The notes beneath the pieces were generated by a model, which ran no database searches, was not told the origin of the DNA, and saw only the letters and a program-made list of their open reading frames with translations. The position numbers and the translations under genes are program-made. Shown in pieces: positions 11,993 to 20,314 of a stretch of 64,000 nt of DNA; the first letter of the stretch is position 1, and each line of letters begins with the position of its first letter. The stretch lies in sequence record OV032902.1. One strand, 5' to 3'.

Positions 11993-13108
11993 ATGGCTAA
12001 GATTTTTGAGGCTGGACCAACCAACTACCTAGCGCAACCAATGTTCCTAGGTGATGCTGTATCTACTGCACGTTACGACGTACAAACGCACCCATTGTTT
12101 GAAGAGCTAATCGATAAGCAATTGGGTTTCTTCTGGCGTCCTAACGAAGTGAATATCTCTAAAGATAAACACGACTTCGAAAACCTAACAGCTGCTGAAA
12201 AGCATATCTTCGTTGAGAACCTAAAATATCAAATCCTTCTGGATTCTATCCAAGGTCGTTCTCCGAACTTAGCTTTCCTAGAAATCTGTTCTATTCCTGA
12301 ATTGGAAACATGGATTGAGACATGGGCGTTCTCTGAAACTATCCACTCTCGTTCATACACGCACATCATCCGTAGTATCGTTAATGACCCATCTGAAATT
12401 CTAGATGACGTTACAGTTAACCCTGCGGTTGCAGCTCGTGCAGAAGCTTTCACTAAGCACTATGAAGACCTGATTGATGCGAACACAAAACGTCGTAACT
12501 ACGAAAACGCTGGTCAAGCTCTTCCTGCTGATTTCTTGAAAGAGTACAAATACCTTATCCTTAAGACACTGGTTGTAGTCAATGCTCTTGAGGCAATTGC
12601 GTTCTACGTTAGCTTTGCATGTAGCTTTGCTTTCGGTGAACGTGGTACTATGGTGGGTAACGCTAACATCATTAAGCTTATTGCTCGTGATGAGGCGTTA
12701 CACCTCCGTGGCACCGAATACATGATCAATACTCTGCGTAAGTCACCAGAGTATGCGGATGTTTGGGCAGAACATGAAGAAGAGTTCCGTGGACTTTTCT
12801 TACAAGCCGCAGAAAACGAGAAAGAGTGGGCTAACCATCTATTCTCACTAGGTACAACTCTTGGCCTTAACAAAGAGATTCTATGTGTGTTTGTTGAGTA
12901 CATCACAAATGCGCGTATGTCTACTGTTGGCCTGGGTGTTCCTTACCCTAACTCAAAAGAAAACCCTCTACCATGGATTTTCCAAAGTGGTTGGTTATCT
13001 TCGGATAACACGCAGGTTGCTCCACAAGAAGACGAAATCACTGATTACCTAACTGGCGGTCTAGATGAGAACGTTAATGCTGACGACCTTGACGAAATGG
13101 ATTTCTGA
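11993..13108 (+). CDS. nrdB: Class Ia ribonucleotide reductase beta subunit
   Basis: MFLG, GFFWRP.E, QILLDSIQGR, ETIHSRSYTHI (radical Tyr), LEAI.FYVSFACSFAF, IARDE.LH, VAPQE.EI..Y; start 11993 or 11984. Confidence 0.96.
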   Translation: MAKIFEAGPTNYLAQPMFLGDAVSTARYDVQTHPLFEELIDKQLGFFWRPNEVNISKDKHDFENLTAAEKHIFVENLKYQILLDSIQGRSPNLAFLEICSIPELETWIETWAFSETIHSRSYTHIIRSIVNDPSEILDDVTVNPAVAARAEAFTKHYEDLIDANTKRRNYENAGQALPADFLKEYKYLILKTLVVVNALEAIAFYVSFACSFAFGERGTMVGNANIIKLIARDEALHLRGTEYMINTLRKSPEYADVWAEHEEEFRGLFLQAAENEKEWANHLFSLGTTLGLNKEILCVFVEYITNARMSTVGLGVPYPNSKENPLPWIFQSGWLSSDNTQVAPQEDEITDYLTGGLDENVNADDLDEMDF

Positions 13109-13136
13109 TTAAATCGTATAGGGTTCGTTCCCTTGT

Positions 13137-13166
13137 GCCCCTCCCTTTAAGAGGGGCTTTGTTTTC
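13137..13166 (+). terminator. Terminator after nrdB
   Basis: GCCCCTC-loop-GAGGGGC then TTTGTTTT. Confidence 0.65.
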
Positions 13167-13183
13167 TTATCCGGAGAAAAAAC

Positions 13184-15700
13184 ATGAACAATCGAGACTT
13201 TCTCGTTCGCTTGAAAAAGACCGACCGCGATGGTGGCGATTACCTTAGTTGGGTAGTTTGGCCATCAAGCAATACACAGAACCTTCCTTCTGTGGTTGAG
13301 TCTTATGACGGCAACAAGTCTTACCCTGCTGGTATCTTCATTAACTATGAAGGTGCACTTTACAAATCTAATTCCAATGTTCCTGTAGGTTCTTGGGATG
13401 CCGCTAAATGGGATTCAGCTGAAGGCTACGAAGCGTACATTACGCCGCACAGTACTAATCTGGATTATCCTGCTGACTCAGTTATCTATGACGCCAACGG
13501 TGATCTATGGTATCTAGAAGACGCTGCTGCGAAAGGTTTGTTTGAAGACCAAGCATGGGTTAAGTTAACACCTGAAGAAAAGATCGAGACAGCGGTAGCT
13601 TATCTTGACCCTAATTCTCAGGTAGAAGCACCACGTGTTATTCGTGGTTCATTCGTAGATGTTGAAAAGACAGCAGTAGACCTACTAGGTATTGCGCTTG
13701 CTTACTACGATGCTTCTGACAAGTACACTCTTTTCCAGGACGTGTCTGGTAGTGTTCCAGTAACAACTCCTGGCCAATACGTTCGTTACATCTCTGACCA
13801 AATCGGTGAGAACGACGTCGTTATCAATGCGGCTATTCCACCTGTATATCGTGAAGATGCTAACGGTCGTGGTTTCCTAGAGAATGCGGACGGTACTAAC
13901 TTTAGCATTCAATCAGCTGGTGAAACTACTGCGGCACAAGTGTATCAGGCTATTCCAAATGTGGGCGTACTACGTTCTGCTGCTGGTAACCTAGATGCAG
14001 GCTTTGATGCTAAACCTTCTGAACAGGCTAATGTTCCTTTCACTCAAGCAGTTATCGTTGATGCAGCAGCTTCAGCAGAAGACCAAGACAAAGTGATCAT
14101 GGAACTACGTCGTTTCTCTAACCGTTACGACAACGGTGTTCTTACTAGTCTTAGCTACTTCTTCCGTGAGCAAACTGCTGGTTACACTTTCGTTGGTGAA
14201 GTAAACCTACGTAACGTGTTTACTCTGCGCGGCATGTTCTTTGCTTCTGAAGTAATTGAAGATCTAACAACTTGGGATGTTTCTAAAGTTGAAGACTTCT
14301 CTGAAATGTTCTGTGAGTCTACAGGTACGATCGACCTGTCTGGCTGGAATACTGCTTCTGCTAAGTACATGGACTCAATGTTCGAAAACAACACAGTGTT
14401 TGATTCTCCTATCTCTACACTGAATGTTTCTAGCGTTATTTCTGCTCGTCGTATGTTTGCTGGCGCTACTGTCTTTAACCAAGACATCACAGCACAAGAG
14501 TGGACTGCTCTTAACTATGCAGATGAAATGCTAGCAAACACAACTGTTTACGATACAACAGTTACGGGCTTTACTGCTCCTGCTCTTGTTGCAGCTAATG
14601 GTTTCTTGCGTAATGCTATTGCATACAACCAAGTAACGACGCTAAGTCTTCCGTCATTGACTACAGCACAGAACTTCTTTGAAGGCGCTACGCTAATGTC
14701 AAGTGACATCACTATCAATGCGATTGACTTGGTAAACATTAGTGCGTTCTTGCGTGACGTTACAGACTTCTCTGCTCGTGTACAGTTTAGCTCTACTGCT
14801 ATTACTGTTGCCGATGAAGCATTTAAAGGCTGTTCTCGCTTCAACGCTGCATTGAACATCAACATGGAAAACATCGTATCAGCTATCTCTATGATGGAAG
14901 GTTGTGCATCGTTCAACCAACCATTGGAAATTAGTCCTGCTAATATCCTAACAGCTAGCCGCATGTTCCATGGCTGTACTAGTCTAGTAACACAGCCGTT
15001 CACTTCACTGTTCTTTGAAGCTGCTACAGACATCGACTTCTTGTTCTATGACTGTGGTGCTTTGACAGCTGACCTAAGTGACATCCAAGCTCCATTTGCA
15101 GAGTCTCTTGAATCCATGTTCGAGAACTGTATTGGTGTTACTGGCCAAGTAACGGTTAACGCACGTAATGCTACAACTGCCCTTAACATGTTTAAAGGCT
15201 GTTCTGCATTCAACGGTCGAGTTGACATGACTCTGTACCGTGCAACAACTATCGAGTCTATCTTCGAAGAGTGTCTAATGCTTAACGACGATGTGACTAT
15301 CAACGCTCCTCGCTTGACGAGTGTTAAAGCTGCTTTCCGTGGCTGTGATGTAATGACTGGTAACATTATGATTACCACTGCTCTAGTTACAGACTGGTCT
15401 AGCTTCCTTGAGAATGCTCTCGTATGGAATGCTCCTCTGTTACTGGACATGACGTCTATCACTACAGCTGGTGCGATGTTTAAAGGTGCTGTAGCATTTA
15501 ATGCTGACATCTCTAACATCCCTCTGAATGACATCACTGACTTGACTGAGTTCTTGTCTGGCGCAACGGCGTTCGATCAGGACCTTTCTACTCTTTGTGT
15601 AGAGAAGCATCCTGTAATGCCTGCTGACTTCGTTTCTGAAGACATGCCATTCTTTACAGATACAGCTAAGCACCCTCAATGGGGCATTGCTTGTGCATAA
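13184..15700 (+). CDS. BspA / DUF285-type repeat protein, probable virion-associated adhesin
   Basis: Tandem ~25-aa repeats (WDVSKVEDFSEMF, WNTASAKYMDSMF, MFAGATVFNQDI, FKGC..FN); two aromatic N-terminal modules; TLFQDVSG..PVT..GQ.V module; C-terminal FDQDLS.LCV...P.WG. Confidence 0.8.
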   Translation: MNNRDFLVRLKKTDRDGGDYLSWVVWPSSNTQNLPSVVESYDGNKSYPAGIFINYEGALYKSNSNVPVGSWDAAKWDSAEGYEAYITPHSTNLDYPADSVIYDANGDLWYLEDAAAKGLFEDQAWVKLTPEEKIETAVAYLDPNSQVEAPRVIRGSFVDVEKTAVDLLGIALAYYDASDKYTLFQDVSGSVPVTTPGQYVRYISDQIGENDVVINAAIPPVYREDANGRGFLENADGTNFSIQSAGETTAAQVYQAIPNVGVLRSAAGNLDAGFDAKPSEQANVPFTQAVIVDAAASAEDQDKVIMELRRFSNRYDNGVLTSLSYFFREQTAGYTFVGEVNLRNVFTLRGMFFASEVIEDLTTWDVSKVEDFSEMFCESTGTIDLSGWNTASAKYMDSMFENNTVFDSPISTLNVSSVISARRMFAGATVFNQDITAQEWTALNYADEMLANTTVYDTTVTGFTAPALVAANGFLRNAIAYNQVTTLSLPSLTTAQNFFEGATLMSSDITINAIDLVNISAFLRDVTDFSARVQFSSTAITVADEAFKGCSRFNAALNINMENIVSAISMMEGCASFNQPLEISPANILTASRMFHGCTSLVTQPFTSLFFEAATDIDFLFYDCGALTADLSDIQAPFAESLESMFENCIGVTGQVTVNARNATTALNMFKGCSAFNGRVDMTLYRATTIESIFEECLMLNDDVTINAPRLTSVKAAFRGCDVMTGNIMITTALVTDWSSFLENALVWNAPLLLDMTSITTAGAMFKGAVAFNADISNIPLNDITDLTEFLSGATAFDQDLSTLCVEKHPVMPADFVSEDMPFFTDTAKHPQWGIACA

Positions 15701-15712
15701 GTAAAATATCAT

Positions 15713-15750
15713 CCTGTTCTCCTTCGGGAGAACAGGTTTGATTATTTCTT
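15713..15750 (+). terminator. Terminator
   Basis: CCTGTTCTCC-TTCG-GGAGAACAGG then TTTGATTATTTCTT. Confidence 0.8.
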
Positions 15751-15756
15751 TACTTC

Positions 15757-15764
15757 TATATTAC
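15757..15764 (+). promoter_or_regulatory. phiKZ-type early promoter motif TATATTAC
   Basis: Intergenic exact match to the phiKZ early consensus, upstream of the 15818 gene. Confidence 0.7.
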
Positions 15765-15817
15765 TGAGATGGATACATTCGGTATTCACTAATTTCATTA
15801 ATAATGAGGAAAACATT

Positions 15818-16612
15818 ATGAAAACAGATATCACTCTTCTTAAGCTAGCTGGTCTTGGTCTTGACTTTTACTTGGTTCAAAGCGTTCTTAAAGAAGGCAT
15901 GCTAGGTAACGTCGAAACTGCTAAAGGTCCACTTGCAGACAAAATCCGTAAGCGTCTTCGTTTCGGTGAAGGTCTTCAGTACCGCATCATCGATCGTGTT
16001 AACTCAACACACCACGCGCTTAACAATACTGTCGCTGGCCTTGGCTACAAACCTTACCGCCCATCTGGCGAGAAAGTTTACTGTCTGTTCCTTGACACTG
16101 CTTTCCGCGAAGTAGACCGTAACGGTGCACTGTTGTTCCAGAAGCCTTCTGATACATCAATGCCTGTTGAAGTTACTTGCTTCGATGAGAAAGGTAAGCG
16201 TCGTGTAACAATCGACCCGAATGGTAAAGAGTGTCTTCGCTGGCAACGTAGCAAGAAAGGCATTACTCGTAGCAATCGCGTTGATAACAAAACATTCCGT
16301 GCTAACCTTCGTGAAAACGAGTTCCTTGGTGAACACTCTGAAACTAAGGTATTTACTTCTGAGCGCATTGGCGGTAACGAGACTTCTCGTCACGTGGTTG
16401 AAAACGATCACATGATCATGATCTCTCACACCGACCAAACTGCACGTCTTACTCAGCACCTGTTGACTAAAGACGGATTCGGTCAAGTTACTTCTATCCT
16501 TAACGTTAACAAAGGCGTAGAAGACATTTACCAATACGGTACGTTTGAAGACACAGTCATCATCGTTCGTAACGGTAAGAAAATCCTAGAGATGGAAGTG
16601 GAGAAAGCGTAA
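15818..16612 (+). CDS. Hypothetical early protein
   Basis: GAGGA RBS, 264 aa, strongly biased (highly expressed-like) codons. Confidence 0.8.
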   Translation: MKTDITLLKLAGLGLDFYLVQSVLKEGMLGNVETAKGPLADKIRKRLRFGEGLQYRIIDRVNSTHHALNNTVAGLGYKPYRPSGEKVYCLFLDTAFREVDRNGALLFQKPSDTSMPVEVTCFDEKGKRRVTIDPNGKECLRWQRSKKGITRSNRVDNKTFRANLRENEFLGEHSETKVFTSERIGGNETSRHVVENDHMIMISHTDQTARLTQHLLTKDGFGQVTSILNVNKGVEDIYQYGTFEDTVIIVRNGKKILEMEVEKA

Positions 16613-17301
16613 TGGAAGTTATGTACAATCCTACGGCGATCATTAGTTTGATCGTCCTTTGTGTTTTCTTTCTTTGTATGTGGTGGATTGTCTGGTGCTG
16701 CTATTCAGATACCAAGAAAGAGCTAAGTTCTACTCGTAGCCGCAACCGTGAACTGGAACGAAAACTTGAGCGCGTAAACACCTTTATTGATTTGCTAGAT
16801 ACTAAGCACTGTAAAGGTCCTTTACGTCAATTGTTTCAAACAGGTGATCGTGCTGACCACATCATTGATGCTTCCAAAAGCCTGACTGATGTAACAAGCT
16901 ATATTCCGGTTTGCTACATTATCTGCGGTCAAGTGAAACCACAGCATCTTAAGATGTTCACTACTCGTTGTTGGGTTTATGATAACCTTGGTCATCACAC
17001 CATCGGTCAAAACCTTACGAACCATGTTTACACCAACAAAGCCATTCCTGGCTGGACTATGGCTGCGGCTCTAGTGCATCCGGATGACATAAAAGAAGTG
17101 GAGCAGTATCTAGTTTCTAATCATAGTCGCTATGCCGTGTACTATGGGACAGGACAGGGTCGCTTTAACTCTTTGGTGCGTGGACGTGGAGCTGATGCTT
17201 TGGCAATGGATATCGGTGAAGCTATCAATAACGCAATATCTTATCATCCTCTACGAAACATCGTAGAGACTGCATTTAAACATGAACTGGAGACCAAGTA
17301 A
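16612..17301 (+). CDS. Hypothetical protein, N-terminal TM + coiled coil
   Basis: TM AIISLIVLCVFFLCMWWIVW then heptad stretch; TAATG coupling. Confidence 0.75.
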   Translation: MEVMYNPTAIISLIVLCVFFLCMWWIVWCCYSDTKKELSSTRSRNRELERKLERVNTFIDLLDTKHCKGPLRQLFQTGDRADHIIDASKSLTDVTSYIPVCYIICGQVKPQHLKMFTTRCWVYDNLGHHTIGQNLTNHVYTNKAIPGWTMAAALVHPDDIKEVEQYLVSNHSRYAVYYGTGQGRFNSLVRGRGADALAMDIGEAINNAISYHPLRNIVETAFKHELETK

Positions 17302-17975
17302 TGGAAAACTACTTGATTGGCGTGATCGTCCTTTTGTTGATGATTATGGTTGTGATGTGCTGCTACGCAGTTAATCGCATTGGTACCTGGGGAGCAAAAG
17401 TCAGCGGTATAGAAAGCCGAAAGCTTGAGCTGGAAGAAGAGGTAGCGAAGTTAACTGCGATCAATGAAGAATATAACAGAATCAAAACATGTTCTGTCTA
17501 TATGGAAGATAACCCTGACATCTTCGAAAGTCTAGCCAAGCGATTGACTCCTATGGATTTCATCGAAAGCATGTCCTCTGCCGGATTAATAGAAGGCAAG
17601 CATCCGTATATCCTTGTTGCTCGCAGTGGTATCAATGCCAACTTCTCAAATACCAAGACTCACAAATTGGCAGTCATCAACGGTACTTTCTTTGAGAACG
17701 TCATGCTCGAAGCGAAGATACAAAAAGACGGTTGGTACATTGAGTTTGGTTTTGCACATGCAAACGAGATCGTAGATAAGGCAGATGATATCGGAAACAA
17801 TCATGGTGCTTATCGTCTATTTACACGCGGTCACTCTTTGCGTTCTTCTGGTTCTGGCGCAATGGTTGGAGCTTATCCTATTGTGAGTCAGGCGCTACAT
17901 ATTAGCATTGGTACTCCGGTACTAGTTAGTTTGCGTGATGAACTATTGAGAACTTTAAAGGAGTTTAATCAATGA
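17301..17975 (+). CDS. Hypothetical protein, N-terminal TM + coiled coil
   Basis: TM LIGVIVLLLMIMVVMCCYAV then RKLELEEEVAKL. Confidence 0.75.
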   Translation: MENYLIGVIVLLLMIMVVMCCYAVNRIGTWGAKVSGIESRKLELEEEVAKLTAINEEYNRIKTCSVYMEDNPDIFESLAKRLTPMDFIESMSSAGLIEGKHPYILVARSGINANFSNTKTHKLAVINGTFFENVMLEAKIQKDGWYIEFGFAHANEIVDKADDIGNNHGAYRLFTRGHSLRSSGSGAMVGAYPIVSQALHISIGTPVLVSLRDELLRTLKEFNQ

Positions 17976-18631
17976 CAAACACTACAGTTGTCATCATTGC
18001 TCTGATTGTATTGGTTTGTGCCCTAGCTTGGGCACTTAACCGAACGCTACGTCAGAAGCGTGAGTTGGAAGAGCGAATGCCTAACATCCAGCATTTCGCT
18101 GACCGTTGGTTCAATCTAACTAAAGCTTGTTCTCGTCTAACTGTCCTAAAGGGAGGACGAGAGTGGCTAGAGTATCGCCTGGTTAATTGCCAGTTTGAGG
18201 AAATCACGAAAGCAATTACCTTAGGGGCTGATATCAAGAAGCGTTACTTTATCCTGTTTTATTGGGACAAAGACGCGCGCGATAAAATGCCTGTCGGTTC
18301 TTCATCTGAGGAAGCTTACTTCCGTGGACATGGTCGATGGTACGGTTGGGATTATTGGGATAGAACTCGCTTGGTTCGTTCCGGTATTAACAAGAACACT
18401 TATGTTCGTCAGTTCTATGACTACGATGACGTAGAGTTCAACGACTTTATCGGCAAGCTTCAGCAAGCTGGTATCTCTTTTGTTGCCGCTAGTCCTGATG
18501 GAGTTACGCGCCCCAACGAAAAAGAGTCAATCTGTATTCCTTCCAATATAGCAGATATGCCTCCTGGCTACTGGCACGAAATGGAAGACATCATCGACCG
18601 AGTAACGCCTGGTGCATTAACTCGCTCATAA
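17972..18631 (+). CDS. Hypothetical protein, N-terminal TM + coiled coil
   Basis: TM VVIIALIVLVCALAWAL then RQKRELEER; ATGA overlap. Confidence 0.75.
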   Translation: MTNTTVVIIALIVLVCALAWALNRTLRQKRELEERMPNIQHFADRWFNLTKACSRLTVLKGGREWLEYRLVNCQFEEITKAITLGADIKKRYFILFYWDKDARDKMPVGSSSEEAYFRGHGRWYGWDYWDRTRLVRSGINKNTYVRQFYDYDDVEFNDFIGKLQQAGISFVAASPDGVTRPNEKESICIPSNIADMPPGYWHEMEDIIDRVTPGALTRS

Positions 18632-18699
18632 AAAACACCCACATGCAATCATGTGAACAAAACCACTAAACCACTAAAACAAAGAAAAAGGAGATCCTC

Positions 18700-19002
18700 A
18701 TGGACCCACGTAAAACGGCAGAACTACAAAACGACGCAACTGTTGGTGAGCTAGTTGAAGAAGTAACTCGTGAAGCAACAGCTGAAGAACTGAAAGACCT
18801 TAACGAAGCGCAAGAAGTTGCAGCGACTCAAGACGAGATTGCTGAACTTATGGCAGCTATGGGTCAAGGTGGTCTGCAACAAGGTAAAGGTCGTCTACGC
18901 GGTCCTGGTCTAACTCGACCAGTATTCAAGAAAACGACTGCACGTGCTAAAGGTAAAGCAGCACGTCTAGCGCGCCGTACTACTCGCCTAACTCGCAAGT
19001 AA
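18700..19002 (+). CDS. Small bipolar protein (acidic N-terminus, very basic C-terminus)
   Basis: AAGGAG RBS; 15 D/E in first 50 aa; 15 K/R and no D/E in last 39 aa. Confidence 0.8.
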   Translation: MDPRKTAELQNDATVGELVEEVTREATAEELKDLNEAQEVAATQDEIAELMAAMGQGGLQQGKGRLRGPGLTRPVFKKTTARAKGKAARLARRTTRLTRK

Positions 19003-19021
19003 TACAAGCACTCCGGTGAAC

Positions 19022-19070
19022 ATGACAGGGCTCGGTTGAGTCCTGTCATACTCTTATTTTATTTTTTCTT
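19022..19070 (+). terminator. Terminator-like hairpin upstream of rnl
   Basis: ATGACAGGGCTC-GGTT-GAGTCCTGTCAT then a T-rich tract. Confidence 0.65.
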
Positions 19071-19085
19071 TTGGAGAACTCTACA

Positions 19086-20297
19086 ATGAGTAAACGTCAA
19101 CGCAATACTTTTCGTCTGAATCCTGAGCAAGAGAAACAAGCAGCTAAGATGGCTGCAACGTTCGCTTGGAATTCATGTAACTTCTTGGCAGGTACTATTG
19201 CGCCTGCATCAGCTGACGCAGCTGCTAATGACATCGAATCCATTGAACTAGCATTTGAACAGTTCGCTAAGCTCGACCCAGAAATGGAGTTGATCGTTCA
19301 GGTTAAACACATGGGCTCTCGTGCTACCCTTTATCTACATCGTGACTTTGAGAAGTCTTACGCAACTACGCGTAATGGTTTCCAGATTAAACCGCGTGAA
19401 GGTAAAGAAGCAGCTACGCGCGAAGAGCTACATGCTAATCCAGATCTATGCGATCGTTACTTGCGTATTCGTGAAGCTATGTATGCACAGTGGAAGAAAG
19501 TCTACGGCGATGACGGCTGGGCTTTCGATACTACTGACGTAGTTATCTTGGATACAGAACTAATGCCATGGTCAATCATTGGTAAAGACCTCATCAAACG
19601 TGAGTTCACAGAATACGCAGAAGTGCATCGTTACGAAGACACCATGATCGAACAGCTTGGTTTCTACAGTCAACATTCTTCCCGTAACGAAGAAGCTGCG
19701 CGTGGTCTACAAGACCGTTTGCTAACAGCACGTCATGGTCTAGAGCAATTCGAACAACAAGTCGATATCTTTGGTGCCGACGATCAAGTCGAGTTCCGTC
19801 CGTTCAACATCCTTAAGTATGTTCGTAACGACGGTACTGAAAAGGTTGTCATGGATAACAACTTGCATAACTACGAAATCGTGGGCGATGCTCCATTTGC
19901 AGTAGTTAAAGCGGGTGACTGGGAAAGCAACGATTCTCTTAAGCTTCTACAGAACTATGTTCAGAAGTTTAATATGGAAGGCGTTGTCATTAAGCCAGCT
20001 ATTTATCCTGAAGGTCCTTGTGGTGTTCCGCCGTACATCAAAGTGCGTAACCCTGATTACTTGCACATCATCTACGGTCACGAATACCGCAACATCATTG
20101 CACTGAAAAAGCTAATCAGTAAGAAAGACATCCACAACAAGCTTAATGCTTCTATTAAGCAGTACCAGATGGGCCATGAATTACTTGGCATTTCTTACGC
20201 GTCTATTTCACCTCAGTCTGATACGTACTTTGAAAAGGTACGCGAAATCATTCGTCGTGTTATCCTAGACGAGCAATCAATCGACCCTGCACTTTAA
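19086..20297 (+). CDS. rnl: RNA ligase of the bacterial Pnkp/Hen1 (Pnkp1-Rnl-Hen1) family
   Basis: NFLAGTIAPA, motif I QVKHMGSRA (K74), TRNGF, LDTELMPWS, FRPFNILK, MEGVVIKP, KVRNPDYL.IIYG, C-terminal IDPAL. Confidence 0.88.
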   Translation: MSKRQRNTFRLNPEQEKQAAKMAATFAWNSCNFLAGTIAPASADAAANDIESIELAFEQFAKLDPEMELIVQVKHMGSRATLYLHRDFEKSYATTRNGFQIKPREGKEAATREELHANPDLCDRYLRIREAMYAQWKKVYGDDGWAFDTTDVVILDTELMPWSIIGKDLIKREFTEYAEVHRYEDTMIEQLGFYSQHSSRNEEAARGLQDRLLTARHGLEQFEQQVDIFGADDQVEFRPFNILKYVRNDGTEKVVMDNNLHNYEIVGDAPFAVVKAGDWESNDSLKLLQNYVQKFNMEGVVIKPAIYPEGPCGVPPYIKVRNPDYLHIIYGHEYRNIIALKKLISKKDIHNKLNASIKQYQMGHELLGISYASISPQSDTYFEKVREIIRRVILDEQSIDPAL

Positions 20298-20314
20298 TCA
20301 CCGGAGTATAAACA

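Noticed and set aside
14182-15537. Long antisense ORFs inside the BspA gene (also 29228-29734, 49462-49962, 20840-21292 and similar)
   Set aside because: They shadow well-supported genes with biased codon use and lack RBS or recognisable motifs
19086-20297. Second DNA ligase or T4 Rnl1/Rnl2
   Set aside because: Motif I KHMGSR and the flanking GT(I/M)xPA and IIYG..DPxL motifs match the Pnkp/Hen1 ligase family, and the Hen1 activator is adjacent
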